Below are positions 63,761-64,000 of a stretch of 64,000 nucleotides of DNA, one piece after another. Position 1 is the first letter of the stretch; every line of letters starts with the position of its first letter. The translations under genes were made by a program, and so were the position numbers. The DNA is from a virus (Duplodnaviria; Caudoviricetes). The stretch is from positions 32,001 to 96,000 of the IMG/VR virus record IMGVR_UViG_3300006056_000001; one strand, given 5' to 3'. The notes below the pieces were generated by a model. The model was not told the origin of the DNA and ran no database searches. It was given only the letters and a program-made list of their open reading frames with translations.

Positions 63761-64000
63761 ATGACTCTTTACTACTCTGGGATTGGTTCTAGGAACACTC
63801 CTTCGGATGTCCTAGAGTTGATGTCTAAAGCCGCCCTGGCCTTCCATAATAAGGGCTATGTGCTTGTATCTGGTGGAGCTAAAGGCGCAGATAGTGCCTT
63901 TGCTAAACCTCTTCTGAATATACCTGGCTCTCATATTATTTACCGGGCTGATGATGCTACTGAAAAAGCTATCATTGAGGCCTCTTATCATCATCCTGCT
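63761..64000 (+). CDS. SLOG/DprA-like Rossmann-fold protein, partial
   Basis: Manual translation: MTLYYSGIGSRNTP...LVSGGAKGADSAF...HHPA, open to the window end. Confidence 0.8.
   Translation, partial: MTLYYSGIGSRNTPSDVLELMSKAALAFHNKGYVLVSGGAKGADSAFAKPLLNIPGSHIIYRADDATEKAIIEASYHHPA

Noticed and set aside
1-64000. CRISPR array or integrase/transposase
   Set aside because: No regularly spaced direct repeats with unique spacers and no recombinase motifs seen.
1-64000. Stop-codon reassignment
   Set aside because: Long genes are intact under the standard code, and short ORFs end at conserved family C-termini with coupled restarts.

Overview
A 64-kb piece of a large contractile-tailed (myovirus-type) dsDNA phage genome with two divergent halves. 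Positions 1 to ~46.8 kb are a tightly coupled minus-strand virion/morphogenesis module: baseplate J (partial), gp25-like wedge, a 2004-aa hub-like protein, a beta-helix depolymerase, two ~1450-aa virion proteins, tail chaperones, three tail-tube paralogues, sheath, neck proteins, a RIFT-barrel lyase-like protein, major capsid protein, prohead protease, portal, terminase, a DEDD nuclease and a lipoprotein serine protease. Positions ~47 to 64 kb are a plus-strand accessory/early region that switches between GC-rich and very AT-rich genes. Main candidates for novelty: (1) the 1452-aa tail-module protein carries RNA polymerase beta and beta' signature motifs in colinear order, i.e. a single-chain two-barrel RNAP homologue with a rewired active site (DIDRD for DFDGD); (2) a set of non-coding RNAs: six H-type pseudoknots in early-gene leaders, two tRNA-like RNAs with the anticodon arm replaced by structured inserts, two sRNAs exposing anti-Shine-Dalgarno sequences, two ~300-nt multi-stem RNAs and a four-hairpin RNA in the head module; (3) a 15-member family of AT-rich CxxC...CYxC mini-proteins in tandem arrays; (4) a repeated palindromic box just upstream of SD-less start codons. 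All assignments come from motif recognition and manual base-pairing; no database search or folding program was run.
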